Counted from the stretch's first letter, positions 16,999-26,247 are shown. The stretch is DNA of 38,895 nucleotides from a bacterium (GCA_021821305.1 JAKACP010000001.1:707526-746420), one strand, 5' to 3'. Made by a program: numbers and translations. Notes: generated by a model not told the origin, from the sequence alone.

Positions 16999-19317
16999 TT
17001 ACAATGGAAGTTTCTCCCAATCACCCCAATCACCTTTCTCGCATTTGTCCCAGTTGTAAGATTTCTCGCTATTAAGAAGCCACCCGCCGTTGTGTTCAAT
17101 GGCAATGCCTCCAAAGAGGTCTTTCCGATTTTGCGAGGCAATCCATGCTTGAAGGGCTTCCGCTTTGGCCTTGGTCGTCGTCTGACCTTCGCGATCGGTT
17201 TTGTGTTTCACTTCGAAAGTACCGATACTCCCATCGGAAAAACGGATGATATAGTCCGGATAAAAGGTATTGACCCCATCCGAATACTCGTATCGGATGC
17301 CGAAGTAGTCCTGCTTATTCTCGCCGTTTTTCCACCACCAAGAAATCTGCGTCGCATTCGAGTCGAGAAACTTCTCGAAATGTTGTTCCGGTTCTGAGCG
17401 GTCCGTGCCGAGATAACATTTATCATACGCATATGGCGCGATGGTCGAAACCAGCTCGTCGGTATGCTCGTTGAAAAACTGTTCCTCCGGTAAATCGAAT
17501 TCGTAGAAGCGTTCGCTTGCGGCGACCTTCTCACGGACTTCCCTGTCCTTCACGGACTTATATTCGTCGATCGCCTTGGAAACGATGCTCTCGAAAATTG
17601 CCCGATTGCCATTGTGCACGAAAATCTTCTGTATCAACAGTATTTCCTCGTGCCAGTTCTCTGATCCGAGGCTCCTCTTGAACCAACTGTAGATGGCGGT
17701 CTTCACGGTCGGGACGGACCGCTTCATGCCACGGAAAGTTCCGAGGTTGTTCTTGATGGTCTGTTCGAACAGCGTCTGTAGGTCATTCCCGGCGATAGTC
17801 AGACGTGCGAGCGCGTCCGGTGTGATCTTTCCCTCCAAGTCATCGAACGACTCCCCGTCCAATTTCGTGTCGGCGATGATTTCCTGCTCGTACCGCTTCA
17901 CGTCCAAGGATATCCCGCTCTTCTCAACGAGTTCCACGCACTGCTGAGGAAGCATCCGACTTCCGTCGATGCCGAAGTGTTCGTTTGCGACCCGACTGAA
18001 GACGGCGGTAAAGCTTGAGGTTACATCCCCATAATCGACGCGGGCTTTGTAATAAGAAACAAGCTTGATCGGCTGATAGCTCGGAATTCGATTCGCTTTG
18101 AGATGTTTGATGATGTTCGGATTGTATTCCTCCTTCTTCACCATGATGCTCTGCACGTTGGTGTAGATGTAACCGGTATTGAGACTCTCGTCATCATAAT
18201 GTTTCTGCTCCGGCATACGAAGGATACGACCAACTGTTTGGATCTCGAAAATTGCGCTTTTCGATTCGCGGAATTTCACCAAGATGTGTGCCCGCGGACA
18301 ATCCCACCCTGTATCGATAGCCTGCTTGAAAATGAGAAATTCAATCTCGTTGTCCGACTCGGAAATCCAGTCGATTGTGTCGGATTTCTGCTCCGAAAGC
18401 CAGATTGCAAGTTTGCGATTCTTCTCGGTCACGCCCTTCCCGGAAAGGAATTTTTTCACGGCCGCGATCTTTTCCTCACCAGCCTCGGCAGTCGGAATCT
18501 GGATAAGGACGAGCGGATTCACGGAAGAACCCATATGAACGAACGCATCCTTCAATTCGAGCCGCTTACGATATGCGGCTTCAAGTACGATTTCCTGGGA
18601 ATCCGTTTCGCTCTCTATGATCTTGCCAATTCCCTCGTTGATGATCAGTTCTTTTTTGATCATCCCCTCCTCGATAACATCCTTGGAATTCACCTTCACA
18701 TACCCCGCAGACTTGTCGATGATTTCATCGGCGCTCGGCTTGAGCCTTGGTGTGGCGCTCATTTCGATGACAACGTCCGCGGCGATTTCGTCTCGGAGTT
18801 CGTTGGTGCGTGCCGCGGTGGAACCGATATGACTCTCATCAATGATCATGATAATCCGTCGCTGTTCCCTTGTTTTGGAAAGAACATCGCGGAAGCTTAA
18901 GTTCTCTCCATCTTTCATAAGGAGGTTTTTCCACTCGCCCTCCTTGTCCTTCGACCGGAGCTTTTCCCAGTTCGCTACTACAACCTCATTGCGGACTATA
19001 CGCCTCCGACCTCCGTTGAATTCCTCCTCGACAAGGGAAACCCGCGGCGACCCATCAAAAATACGCTCGAGGCTGTGTTTGCTCTGCAGATGCAGGTCGC
19101 CCTTGCCGATACTCATCCAGACGAAACAAAGATCCTCTTCCGGAAGTTCCCGGATGATGCTTTCGATAAATTTAGCGGTCATGATGGTCTTACCACTCCC
19201 TGTCGGCGCCTGGAAGACACACACCTCGCCATCCCCCGGACGGTCAAGGAGATGTTTTACGGAAGTAGTCAGTTCATCGACCGCTCGATCCTGATAGGCT
19301 TTGAGTTCAATATTCAT
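16999..19317 (-). CDS. res: Type III restriction enzyme, Res subunit (SF2 helicase plus PD-(D/E)XK nuclease)
   Basis: QAPTGSGKT, IIDESH, EMSATP, GWDCPRA, QTVGRILR, FYPDYI..FEVK. Start MNIEL overlaps the mod stop. Confidence 0.93.
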   Translation of the reverse strand: MNIELKAYQDRAVDELTTSVKHLLDRPGDGEVCVFQAPTGSGKTIMTAKFIESIIRELPEEDLCFVWMSIGKGDLHLQSKHSLERIFDGSPRVSLVEEEFNGGRRRIVRNEVVVANWEKLRSKDKEGEWKNLLMKDGENLSFRDVLSKTREQRRIIMIIDESHIGSTAARTNELRDEIAADVVIEMSATPRLKPSADEIIDKSAGYVKVNSKDVIEEGMIKKELIINEGIGKIIESETDSQEIVLEAAYRKRLELKDAFVHMGSSVNPLVLIQIPTAEAGEEKIAAVKKFLSGKGVTEKNRKLAIWLSEQKSDTIDWISESDNEIEFLIFKQAIDTGWDCPRAHILVKFRESKSAIFEIQTVGRILRMPEQKHYDDESLNTGYIYTNVQSIMVKKEEYNPNIIKHLKANRIPSYQPIKLVSYYKARVDYGDVTSSFTAVFSRVANEHFGIDGSRMLPQQCVELVEKSGISLDVKRYEQEIIADTKLDGESFDDLEGKITPDALARLTIAGNDLQTLFEQTIKNNLGTFRGMKRSVPTVKTAIYSWFKRSLGSENWHEEILLIQKIFVHNGNRAIFESIVSKAIDEYKSVKDREVREKVAASERFYEFDLPEEQFFNEHTDELVSTIAPYAYDKCYLGTDRSEPEQHFEKFLDSNATQISWWWKNGENKQDYFGIRYEYSDGVNTFYPDYIIRFSDGSIGTFEVKHKTDREGQTTTKAKAEALQAWIASQNRKDLFGGIAIEHNGGWLLNSEKSYNWDKCEKGDWGDWEKLPL

Positions 19318-21010
19318 AGATTTCTTGGTAGATATCCAAAATCTTCTGCGGAATGGGGTCCAAACGTACACCGGACCACATGGAAAAATCATCCTTATCC
19401 AAACCAAGCGGATCGAGCGTGAAGCAGTAAAGCAGCTTCTCCCCATCCAACTTGTCCAACTCTTTCTTGAGACTCTTCAACGCGGCGCGTTCGATGGAAT
19501 AATATACCGCCATGAGCCGATCGTTCTGTCGGAAAATCCGATAGTCGTCGCTGCTTGCCAACTCGTCGAATATCCCTTCCCGCAGGCACAGCATCTCCGT
19601 GCACTCCCGCGCGACACGGATCTTAAGCTCGTCCCGGTTGACACTCTTTTTCACGAACTCGGTCTTGAAATACTTAAGATTGCCGCCGAGACCTTCTACC
19701 TTCGAGCCCTTTTCCGTCTTATAACCAGCCATCACATTTTTTACTCGAGGATAACAAACATCTACACAAATCCCATTTTCATTATTAGTAGTCAGAATAA
19801 ATGACCTATGGCCACCATCCTTATTCAATTCAAGAATCGCGTGGCCAGTCGTGCCGGAGCCAGCAAAGAAATCCAATACCACTGCATCCTTCTTATGTTG
19901 AAGAAGAAGTTCAAGTGGTTTAATAACGGCATGCAAAGACTTCGGGTAATCAAAGGCCTTCCTTTTTCCGAGAATTTTTTGCAATAAAACCGTCCCATGG
20001 GAAGATGCATCGAACATTGGATCAATCCAGATTGTCTTCGGCTTCCTACCATCTTTTATCCTGTCCTTCATTAAAACGGTATACCCGTTTTTTGTCTTCT
20101 TTATAACCATATCGCCACGCGCCACAGCAAGCATAAGCGAAGGGCGAGTCTGGCGCCAGACTCGTTTTTTCCCCGAGCTATCTATTGGAATAATTTCAAC
20201 ACAGCCGGGTATATTTTCTATGCCAATATAACCATTTTCCTCATTGTAGTAAATCGGATAATGCGAATTCGGACGCTCTTCAGGAGTAGAAAGGCCGCCA
20301 CTTCGTCGAAATGGGAGCAGGCGATATCTTGATATATCATCTTCAAACTTGAAAACCGCCGCCTGTTCATCGGTAAGCGGCATATTTTTCAACTCGGCCG
20401 TTTCTGCATTTTTTGCATAAAAAAGAATGTACTCGTGAGAAGTAGCGAAAAACTTATTCGTGGTGCGACCCCGCGGATTTATTTCGATTGCCAGGATGCC
20501 GACCCTGTTCTGTTCCCCAAAAATCTCATCTAACAATAAACCTATTGGAAACAACTCATAGTCATCAATAGTCAACACAAAAAAACCATCCTCTTTAAGA
20601 AGGGCGCGAGCTAAACGCAACCGTTTACTCATGAATGAGAGCCACTTGCTATGGCGAAATGAGTCATCAAGATCGACGTAATCATTGTTGTAACGCCAGC
20701 TTTTGTTTCCGGTATTGTATGGAGGATCGGCATAAATAACATCTATCTTTCCAGCGTGGGTATAATTCAAAACCGATAAGGCGTGATAATTATCACCCTC
20801 AATCAAAATGTTCGTCGGCTTGCTCGAATCAGTTGCAATTTCCTTGCCCTTGATTTCTTTCAAAACCGGCAGTGCATTTTCTGCCTCCTTTTCGAATTGC
20901 TCTTTCGTCCGTTCCTCATCCCAAATCAACCCGTATTTTTTTCGGGATTCCAGTTTTTCAATAGCCTTAAGCAAGTCCTCTTTTTCAAGTTTTGAATAAT
21001 CTTTTGCCAT
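19307..21010 (-). CDS. mod: Type III R-M methyltransferase, Mod subunit (beta-class N6-adenine)
   Basis: KKYGLIW, NILIEGDN, IYADPPYNTG, FRHSKWLSFM, FDYPKS, VLDFFAGSGTTGHA. Confidence 0.95.
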   Translation of the reverse strand: MAKDYSKLEKEDLLKAIEKLESRKKYGLIWDEERTKEQFEKEAENALPVLKEIKGKEIATDSSKPTNILIEGDNYHALSVLNYTHAGKIDVIYADPPYNTGNKSWRYNNDYVDLDDSFRHSKWLSFMSKRLRLARALLKEDGFFVLTIDDYELFPIGLLLDEIFGEQNRVGILAIEINPRGRTTNKFFATSHEYILFYAKNAETAELKNMPLTDEQAAVFKFEDDISRYRLLPFRRSGGLSTPEERPNSHYPIYYNEENGYIGIENIPGCVEIIPIDSSGKKRVWRQTRPSLMLAVARGDMVIKKTKNGYTVLMKDRIKDGRKPKTIWIDPMFDASSHGTVLLQKILGKRKAFDYPKSLHAVIKPLELLLQHKKDAVVLDFFAGSGTTGHAILELNKDGGHRSFILTTNNENGICVDVCYPRVKNVMAGYKTEKGSKVEGLGGNLKYFKTEFVKKSVNRDELKIRVARECTEMLCLREGIFDELASSDDYRIFRQNDRLMAVYYSIERAALKSLKKELDKLDGEKLLYCFTLDPLGLDKDDFSMWSGVRLDPIPQKILDIYQEIYEY

Positions 21011-21014
21011 ATCT

Positions 21015-21185
21015 TTATTTCTTCCAATCCTTTATCATCACCCCACCGTGAACCCGTTTCACGACCACCTTCTGTTTTTCCTTCCAGCCAAGCTCACGAA
21101 CCAATTCGATCGGGATCGTCAGCCCGATGGACTTTCCGCCCAATTTGGTGAGTTTTCTGATATTCTTCTCGTTTTCCTTTTTCAT
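21015..21185 (-). CDS. AbrB/MazE/SpoVT-like DNA-binding micro-protein, 56 aa
   Basis: Below the ORF-track cutoff. Manual translation MKKENEKNIRKLTKLGGKSIGLTIPIELVRELGWKEKQKVVVKRVHGGVMIKDWKK. Stop lies 4 nt before the mod ATG. Confidence 0.8.
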   Translation of the reverse strand: MKKENEKNIRKLTKLGGKSIGLTIPIELVRELGWKEKQKVVVKRVHGGVMIKDWKK

Positions 21186-21207
21186 GACATCTCCATGTTA
21201 TTTCCAG

Positions 21208-21279
21208 CGCCCTGAGGAGGAGTCGAACCTCCGAATCCTCGATAGAAGCGAGGCGGTTTATCCATTAGCCTACCAGGGC
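21208..21279 (-). tRNA. tRNA-Arg(TCT)
   Basis: Acceptor stem GCCCTGG/TCAGGGC, D loop AATGGATA, anticodon arm CCTCG-CTTCTAT-CGAGG, T arm GGAGG-TTCGACT-CCTCC. CCA not encoded. Confidence 0.93.
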
Positions 21280-21428
21280 GAAACAGCACGGTTTTCCCGT
21301 ACGTCTTCCCTTCTCGGCTGTGTGGAGCTTCATCTGGCGCATAGCTCAAAACTACGTAATCGGTTACGTAACTCGTTATAGACATTCTCCCACGATAAAA
21401 CCCGCGTGTAAAGCGGGATTTTCGTTTC

Positions 21429-21953
21429 CTAGGCGGGAAATGTCGTGATGAATGCCGAGGGGTCCCTCCAGTACGATTTCTTGGTCCTGCCCTGCCCTTT
21501 CTTCCAGTACCCGGGGAGGATCGTGCCTTGCCACGGGCCGGTATAGATGGCGAAGTGGAGATGGGCTTCCCACCATCCGTTGTCCGGCGTATATCCCTCG
21601 CCGATCGTCCCGATGGCTTCCCCGAGCTCGACCGGGTCGCCCCGCTCCTTGATCCGGCGTCCGAGGTGCGCGTAGAGGGAGAAGAAGTTTTTCCCGGTCT
21701 CCGGATGCTTGTGCGCGATGATGACGATATTCCCCCAATTCCCCTTGTCCCCCGAACCCGGGTGGAGCGCGGAATAGACGACGCGGCCGCGGCCGGCGGC
21801 GCGGACCGGGGTGCCGGCCGGGGCATCGGCGTCTTCGCCGAGGTGAATGCCCCAAGAGACGCCGCCGTAGGAGCGCTCCTCGCCGAAGCGCGGCCCCGTC
21901 ACGACGTACGGATCCATGGGGAACACCAGTTGTCTCGCGATCGGATAGGCCAT
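21429..21953 (-). CDS. M23 family metallopeptidase
   Basis: IHLGED (HxxxD), SLYAHL, AHLHFAI (HxH). Confidence 0.92.
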   Translation of the reverse strand: MAYPIARQLVFPMDPYVVTGPRFGEERSYGGVSWGIHLGEDADAPAGTPVRAAGRGRVVYSALHPGSGDKGNWGNIVIIAHKHPETGKNFFSLYAHLGRRIKERGDPVELGEAIGTIGEGYTPDNGWWEAHLHFAIYTGPWQGTILPGYWKKGQGRTKKSYWRDPSAFITTFPA

Positions 21954-22051
21954 GCATCCAGTATACCAGAACGGCCGATATCTTCCCCGGATCGTCGAAA
22001 AAAAAACGGGGTTCCGTGTTCGGAATCCCGCGATGTCTCCATTGTGGAGCG

Positions 22052-22438
22052 TCAGTTGAGAAGGTGCGACCTTTGCCTGTCCGGGAAATACCTGTTGAGG
22101 AGGTCATGGATCCCTTCCACGTATTCCTCCTCGCTCGTGCCGGTGGATTCGCACAGGAGCAGTGCATCGATCCGCGCCTCGAGGTCGGACTCGAATTCGA
22201 GCATGCCTCGCAAGAAAAGATCGATATCCTCGGGGAGCCCGGACTCGCGGATCTCGAAGAGGAGTTTGTCGCGCTCCCGGTCGCCGATCAGGTCGTCGAA
22301 GTAATATTCGCTGACGACCGCCCGGGCGTCCTTCCGACAGAAGACGACATTCGACATCACGGCCCTTCCCAAATCGACATAGCCATGCCGGCCGCATTCG
22401 CCACAGACCGTGAAACGGACTTCGGAAACGGTACTCAT
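22052..22438 (-). CDS. Hypothetical protein, 128 aa, N-terminal CxxC..H..C
   Basis: Start MSTVSE after GGGAGGG. Promoter TCGACA-17-TACGGT. Terminator at 21998-22030. Confidence 0.7.
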   Translation of the reverse strand: MSTVSEVRFTVCGECGRHGYVDLGRAVMSNVVFCRKDARAVVSEYYFDDLIGDRERDKLLFEIRESGLPEDIDLFLRGMLEFESDLEARIDALLLCESTGTSEEEYVEGIHDLLNRYFPDRQRSHLLN

Positions 22439-22592
22439 ATCGCTACCCTCCCTTTCTCCAAAGAACGGAAACTCTTTTCCACGCCCCCACCGTATCACGG
22501 GAATATCCGCCTGTCGAGCGGTCGGACGGTTGACAGGGAGGGGAAACGAGTATATAAGTGATGCACCGTACTTTTCAATGAAAGGAAGCGAA

Positions 22593-23063
22593 ATGCCCCA
22601 CCACAGCGTCGTGACATGTACGCGCTACGAGCTATCACTCCTCATGGCCGAGGAACCCGGATTGCGGCATATCAAGGATCTCGCCCTCAGCGAACAGGTC
22701 GCCCGCTCGGAAGAACGGGTGGACGAGATCGCCATGGGGTGCCTCCAGTGGCTCGCCGCGGCGTTCACGCTCCCGAGGGGTGCCGAGCTCCTCATGTTCG
22801 AGGGACGGGTGGAATCATTCCTCCGTCTCGTCATCCTCGACACCGAGTTCTTCAAGCATCTCTACCGGAGATATGCCGACTATCCCATCCGCTACAAGCC
22901 GCTTACGATAAGCCGGGAAAACATCGGACCGTTCCGAGGATACATCGATTGGACGATCGAATACCTCCATGGCACCTTCGGGGACGCGCTCCATCCGGAG
23001 CTCGCCAAGTGGGAGCATGCTCACCACATCAAACTGCTCCCTACCGGCATCGCCAGCCGCTAG
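22593..23063 (+). CDS. Hypothetical protein, 156 aa, distantly resembling the GRDP/DUF1399-like family
   Basis: Promoter TTGACA-17-TATAAG, SD AAAGGA, terminator 23067-23112. VESFLRLVILDTEFF and WTIEYLHGTFG...W patterns. Confidence 0.65.
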   Translation: MPHHSVVTCTRYELSLLMAEEPGLRHIKDLALSEQVARSEERVDEIAMGCLQWLAAAFTLPRGAELLMFEGRVESFLRLVILDTEFFKHLYRRYADYPIRYKPLTISRENIGPFRGYIDWTIEYLHGTFGDALHPELAKWEHAHHIKLLPTGIASR

Positions 23064-23178
23064 CCGAAAAAACAGAGACCCGTCTCCAAATGGAGCCGGG
23101 TCTTTTTCTTTTCCGGTTCGGGAGATTCGAAAAGAAAAAAGCCGATCTGTCGATCGGCTTCGAATCCCCCGTGAGCCG

Positions 23179-23514
23179 TCACCGGCTTCGGAAGAAATCC
23201 CCTTCCGGCCTCACGGTCGCCAGCGCGCCGGATGTCCGGTAGTAGGCCAGGAAATCCACCGTCCCCGCCTCGCGGCCAGAGAGGAGCGCATCGAGGAGAT
23301 CCCGGTGCCCGATATTCCAGGCGAAGAAATCCTCGCCGCCCGAGAGCGTCCGCATCCACCGGTAGAGCGTGGCCGGAAGCCCGCTTTGCGAGGCGGCGTC
23401 CTTTACGGCTTCTCCCAACCGATGCTCCTGTCCCTCCGGGTCGCCCAAGACCATCTTGGGCCGGAGCATGACGACGATACACATGCCGCACCACGTGATA
23501 TTCATCTGTTGCAT
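23179..23514 (-). CDS. Hypothetical protein, 111 aa
   Basis: Promoter TTGTCA-17-TACTCT, SD AAAGGAGG, terminator ~23130-23160. Confidence 0.65.
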   Translation of the reverse strand: MQQMNITWCGMCIVVMLRPKMVLGDPEGQEHRLGEAVKDAASQSGLPATLYRWMRTLSGGEDFFAWNIGHRDLLDALLSGREAGTVDFLAYYRTSGALATVRPEGDFFRSR

Positions 23515-23643
23515 CTCTCGGCCCTCCTTTCGTCAGGGTAAAGAACACGAAATCGCCCCGAGAGTACCACGTCGGAGGCCGTCTGACAAGAAAAACGAAA
23601 ACCCGCCACAGAGGGCGGGTTTCCCATGCTGTCGGACACGTCG

Positions 23644-24852
23644 CTACTTCACCGGGATCTCCTTGGCCGGAAGCGTGCCATCCGTGCCTTCGAGCGGAAC
23701 AGTCGGGGCTATCGTCCCGAGCTGTGCCATGACCGTGTCGCAGTCGCGTCCGGCTTCATGCTCGTTCCAGATCGCGGCACCGGCACCGCCATAAGGATAC
23801 TCCGTGGTTCCTTCGGTCGGACCATCCGCGGCCAGAGAGAAGGTCGCGCAGAGCTCGAATTCCCCGACACGACCGGCACCTTCCATGCGCGACGGCGTGA
23901 CGACACGGTAGCCGTAGTCCTCCTTCGTTTCCGGATCCTGCATGAATTCGGCGCAGTAGGCGTACTGGCTCGATTTTCGGAGGTCGCTGAACGATACGGG
24001 AAGCTGGCCGAGATCCCTGGCATATCCCTCCACACAACTCGAGAGCGCCGCGAGGCCGTTGGCCCGTTCCGCATCGAATGTCCGCTGGCGCGTCGTCTCG
24101 GGTGAACCGCCCGCGAAGAATCCGAACACGATACCGAGCACGACCAGCGCCGTGACCACGGTGGCGAAGTCGCGGAATACCTTCTTCGGGATGTCTTTCT
24201 TGTACTGGATCTTCCTACGTTCGAGAAAGTAGAATCCGAAGATACCGCCGGCGATCGCGAATATGATAAACGCCTTGAGAAAGAACCGTGCACTGATCTC
24301 GCCTTGGAGAAAGGTGAAGACGACGGTGATGAGGTCGCCCACGACGGTCACCGACGCTATGAGCAAGACGAGATAGGTGAGCCATCGGGAAAGCTTGGAC
24401 TCGATCCTGCCCTCGTCCTCGCGGAACGTGCGAAACCAGATCCGCATCGCGATGTAGTAGAGCGGATATCCGATGAGAAGCGCCGCTATGGCATAGTGGA
24501 TGGCGCTCGTCGATGCCGCCTCGCCGTACCAGTTCATCGCGTCGAGCGGATCCGGGAACGCCTTGTTGATGACCTGGAAATAGAGCGTGCCGAGCGCGGT
24601 CGCCACGATACCGAGCAGGATGAACGAGAAGAAGTTGACCACGATATCGGCCGCGGAGGACCGGAGCGAAAGCGTCGGTCGGATGCCCTCGTGCGGTACG
24701 GGGGCACCGAGCGCGATCACGCCGTCGCGATATGCCGCGTCCGCCTCCTCTTCCGACCAGCCGACGGCCAAAAGTTCCTCTCTGAGCTCCGCCTTGGAAA
24801 TGCCTGTCCGTATACGTCCTGCCACGTACTGCGAAAGCGTATTCGTATCCAT
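23644..24852 (-). CDS. DUF5671-like membrane protein with C-terminal extracytoplasmic Cys-containing domain
   Basis: AIAALLIGYPLY...SKLSRWLTYLVLLIASVTVVGDLI...GEISARFFLK; DPETKEDYGY, FELCATF. Terminator 23591-23622. Confidence 0.8.
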   Translation of the reverse strand: MDTNTLSQYVAGRIRTGISKAELREELLAVGWSEEEADAAYRDGVIALGAPVPHEGIRPTLSLRSSAADIVVNFFSFILLGIVATALGTLYFQVINKAFPDPLDAMNWYGEAASTSAIHYAIAALLIGYPLYYIAMRIWFRTFREDEGRIESKLSRWLTYLVLLIASVTVVGDLITVVFTFLQGEISARFFLKAFIIFAIAGGIFGFYFLERRKIQYKKDIPKKVFRDFATVVTALVVLGIVFGFFAGGSPETTRQRTFDAERANGLAALSSCVEGYARDLGQLPVSFSDLRKSSQYAYCAEFMQDPETKEDYGYRVVTPSRMEGAGRVGEFELCATFSLAADGPTEGTTEYPYGGAGAAIWNEHEAGRDCDTVMAQLGTIAPTVPLEGTDGTLPAKEIPVK

Positions 24853-24925
24853 AGCGCTTTGCTTAACGGTTTAATTGCCGATTTATTATACCACAACGAC
24901 CCCCCGAAACGACCGGAGGTATCTC

Positions 24926-25183
24926 CTACCGCGTGATGGCACCTTCCTCACGGAGGAGACGCGCCTTTTCCGCCTCGCCTCGATTGTACTGCCCGAGAGC
25001 GCCGTCGCTCCGGATGACCCGGTGGCACGGCACGCGCGGATCGAAGTTCCGGCGGAGAATCGACCCGACCGCACGCGACGCACCGGGGCTCCCCGCGCGG
25101 CGCGCGACCTCGGCATAGGTCAGGGTCTCCCCCCGCGGGATACCCGCCACGACCGACAACACTTTTTCAGTGAAGGATGCCAT
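24926..25183 (-). CDS. MGMT/Ogt-family alkylated-DNA binding/repair protein
   Basis: IPRGETLTYAEVA..RAVG..VPCHRVIRSDG. Confidence 0.92.
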   Translation of the reverse strand: MASFTEKVLSVVAGIPRGETLTYAEVARRAGSPGASRAVGSILRRNFDPRVPCHRVIRSDGALGQYNRGEAEKARLLREEGAITR

Positions 25184-25193
25184 GGTATTTCGT

Positions 25194-25640
25194 CTATGAT
25201 TCTTCGAGCGGAAGCGGTTTCACCGGAGCGAGCACCGCGTGCGGGTCCGTCTTCCATGCATCCGAGACATCGGCATAGAGCTCGAGTTCGTTGCCGTCGG
25301 GGTCGAGGACGTAGAGACTGTGCGTGACCGTATGGTCGCTTGATCCGACGATCGTGACCCCTTTCGCGGAAAGCTCGCGATACGCCGCACGCACGTCCTC
25401 GGGAGCGTCGCCGATCTTGAACCCGATATGGTAGAGGCCCGGCTCCGGCGTATGCTTCGCCCTCGGCGATCCGCCGACTTCGAGGAGCAGGAGCTCGTGA
25501 TGCGTGCGTCCCGAGGAATAAAGCGCCATCCCGCGCCGCCGTTCGATCTCGCGGAATCCGAGCGTGTCGCGATAGAAATCGGCGGACCGGCCGAGGTCCG
25601 AGACGTAGAGTACGACGTGTCCGAGTTCATGTATCTTCAT
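25194..25640 (-). CDS. VOC/glyoxalase family protein
   Basis: LGHVVLYVSDL, HHELLL, GLYHIGF, SLYVLDPDGNELELY. Confidence 0.9.
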   Translation of the reverse strand: MKIHELGHVVLYVSDLGRSADFYRDTLGFREIERRRGMALYSSGRTHHELLLLEVGGSPRAKHTPEPGLYHIGFKIGDAPEDVRAAYRELSAKGVTIVGSSDHTVTHSLYVLDPDGNELELYADVSDAWKTDPHAVLAPVKPLPLEES

Positions 25641-25662
25641 AGCATGGGCGAAGCGGATTATT

Positions 25663-26247
25663 TCAGCCTTCCACTTCCATCAGGATCTCGTTTTTCATGA
25701 AAAAGGGCGGGGAAAACGGAGCGTCCGAGAGCACGAGTTCGGGATCGCCGATCGCGGTGAATCCGTCGCGCAGGAGGAGCGACTCGAGCTCGGACGCCTT
25801 GCGCATGATGCGGTCGGGCGTCGGATACCAGCCGAACCGCATCGCGGCGACCACGCGGCCCGGGTAGAGCCGGGTCGAGATCCGCGGATCGAGCGACTTG
25901 GCCGCCGCGGCACCCGCGTCTTCGGAGATCGCCACCGACACCGTGTGCGTCGGCGCGTCAGCCGGTATCCGTCCCCTCTCGGTCGGAGCTCCCTCCGCGG
26001 TATCCGGCCCGTCGGCGAGGATGTGTCGGGAAAGGAGGGTGAAGCCTTCGCCCGATGCGCCGGCGATATCGCCTTTCACGTCCGTCTCCGCCGCGATGAA
26101 GGGCTCGTAATCGCGCAGTTCGTACCGGTCATGCCGCTCGATCACGACATAGTTCCCCTCCGGGACGCCGCGAAAGACGCGCAGGCTCGCGTACCGCCAG
26201 AACGCCACGCCTCCTATGAGCACCAGAATAAGAAAAATCCACAGCAT
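25663..26247 (-). CDS. SOUL heme-binding family protein with N-terminal TM
   Basis: YELRDYEP..AET, GFTLLSRHI, VAAMRFGW, PFSPPFFMKNEIL. Confidence 0.75.
   Translation of the reverse strand: MLWIFLILVLIGGVAFWRYASLRVFRGVPEGNYVVIERHDRYELRDYEPFIAAETDVKGDIAGASGEGFTLLSRHILADGPDTAEGAPTERGRIPADAPTHTVSVAISEDAGAAAAKSLDPRISTRLYPGRVVAAMRFGWYPTPDRIMRKASELESLLLRDGFTAIGDPELVLSDAPFSPPFFMKNEILMEVEG

Larger units (their letters stand above)
14420..21207. mobile_element. Lower-GC defence island at the tRNA-Arg 3' end (no integrase present)
   Basis: Visibly more AT-rich than the flanks. Begins right after the tRNA 3' end and contains only R-M, regulator and nuclease genes. Weak att-like remnant at 14460-14470. 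Boundaries approximate. Confidence 0.7.

Noticed and set aside
19318-19446. Longer Res start given in the ORF track
   Set aside because: Overlaps the mod C-terminus. MNIELKAYQ at 19317 is the typical helicase N-terminus with coupled stop/start.
24926-25183. Alkyltransferase-like (ATL) inactive variant
   Set aside because: The active-site PCHRV cysteine is intact, so it is called a minimal Ogt/MGMT-type protein.
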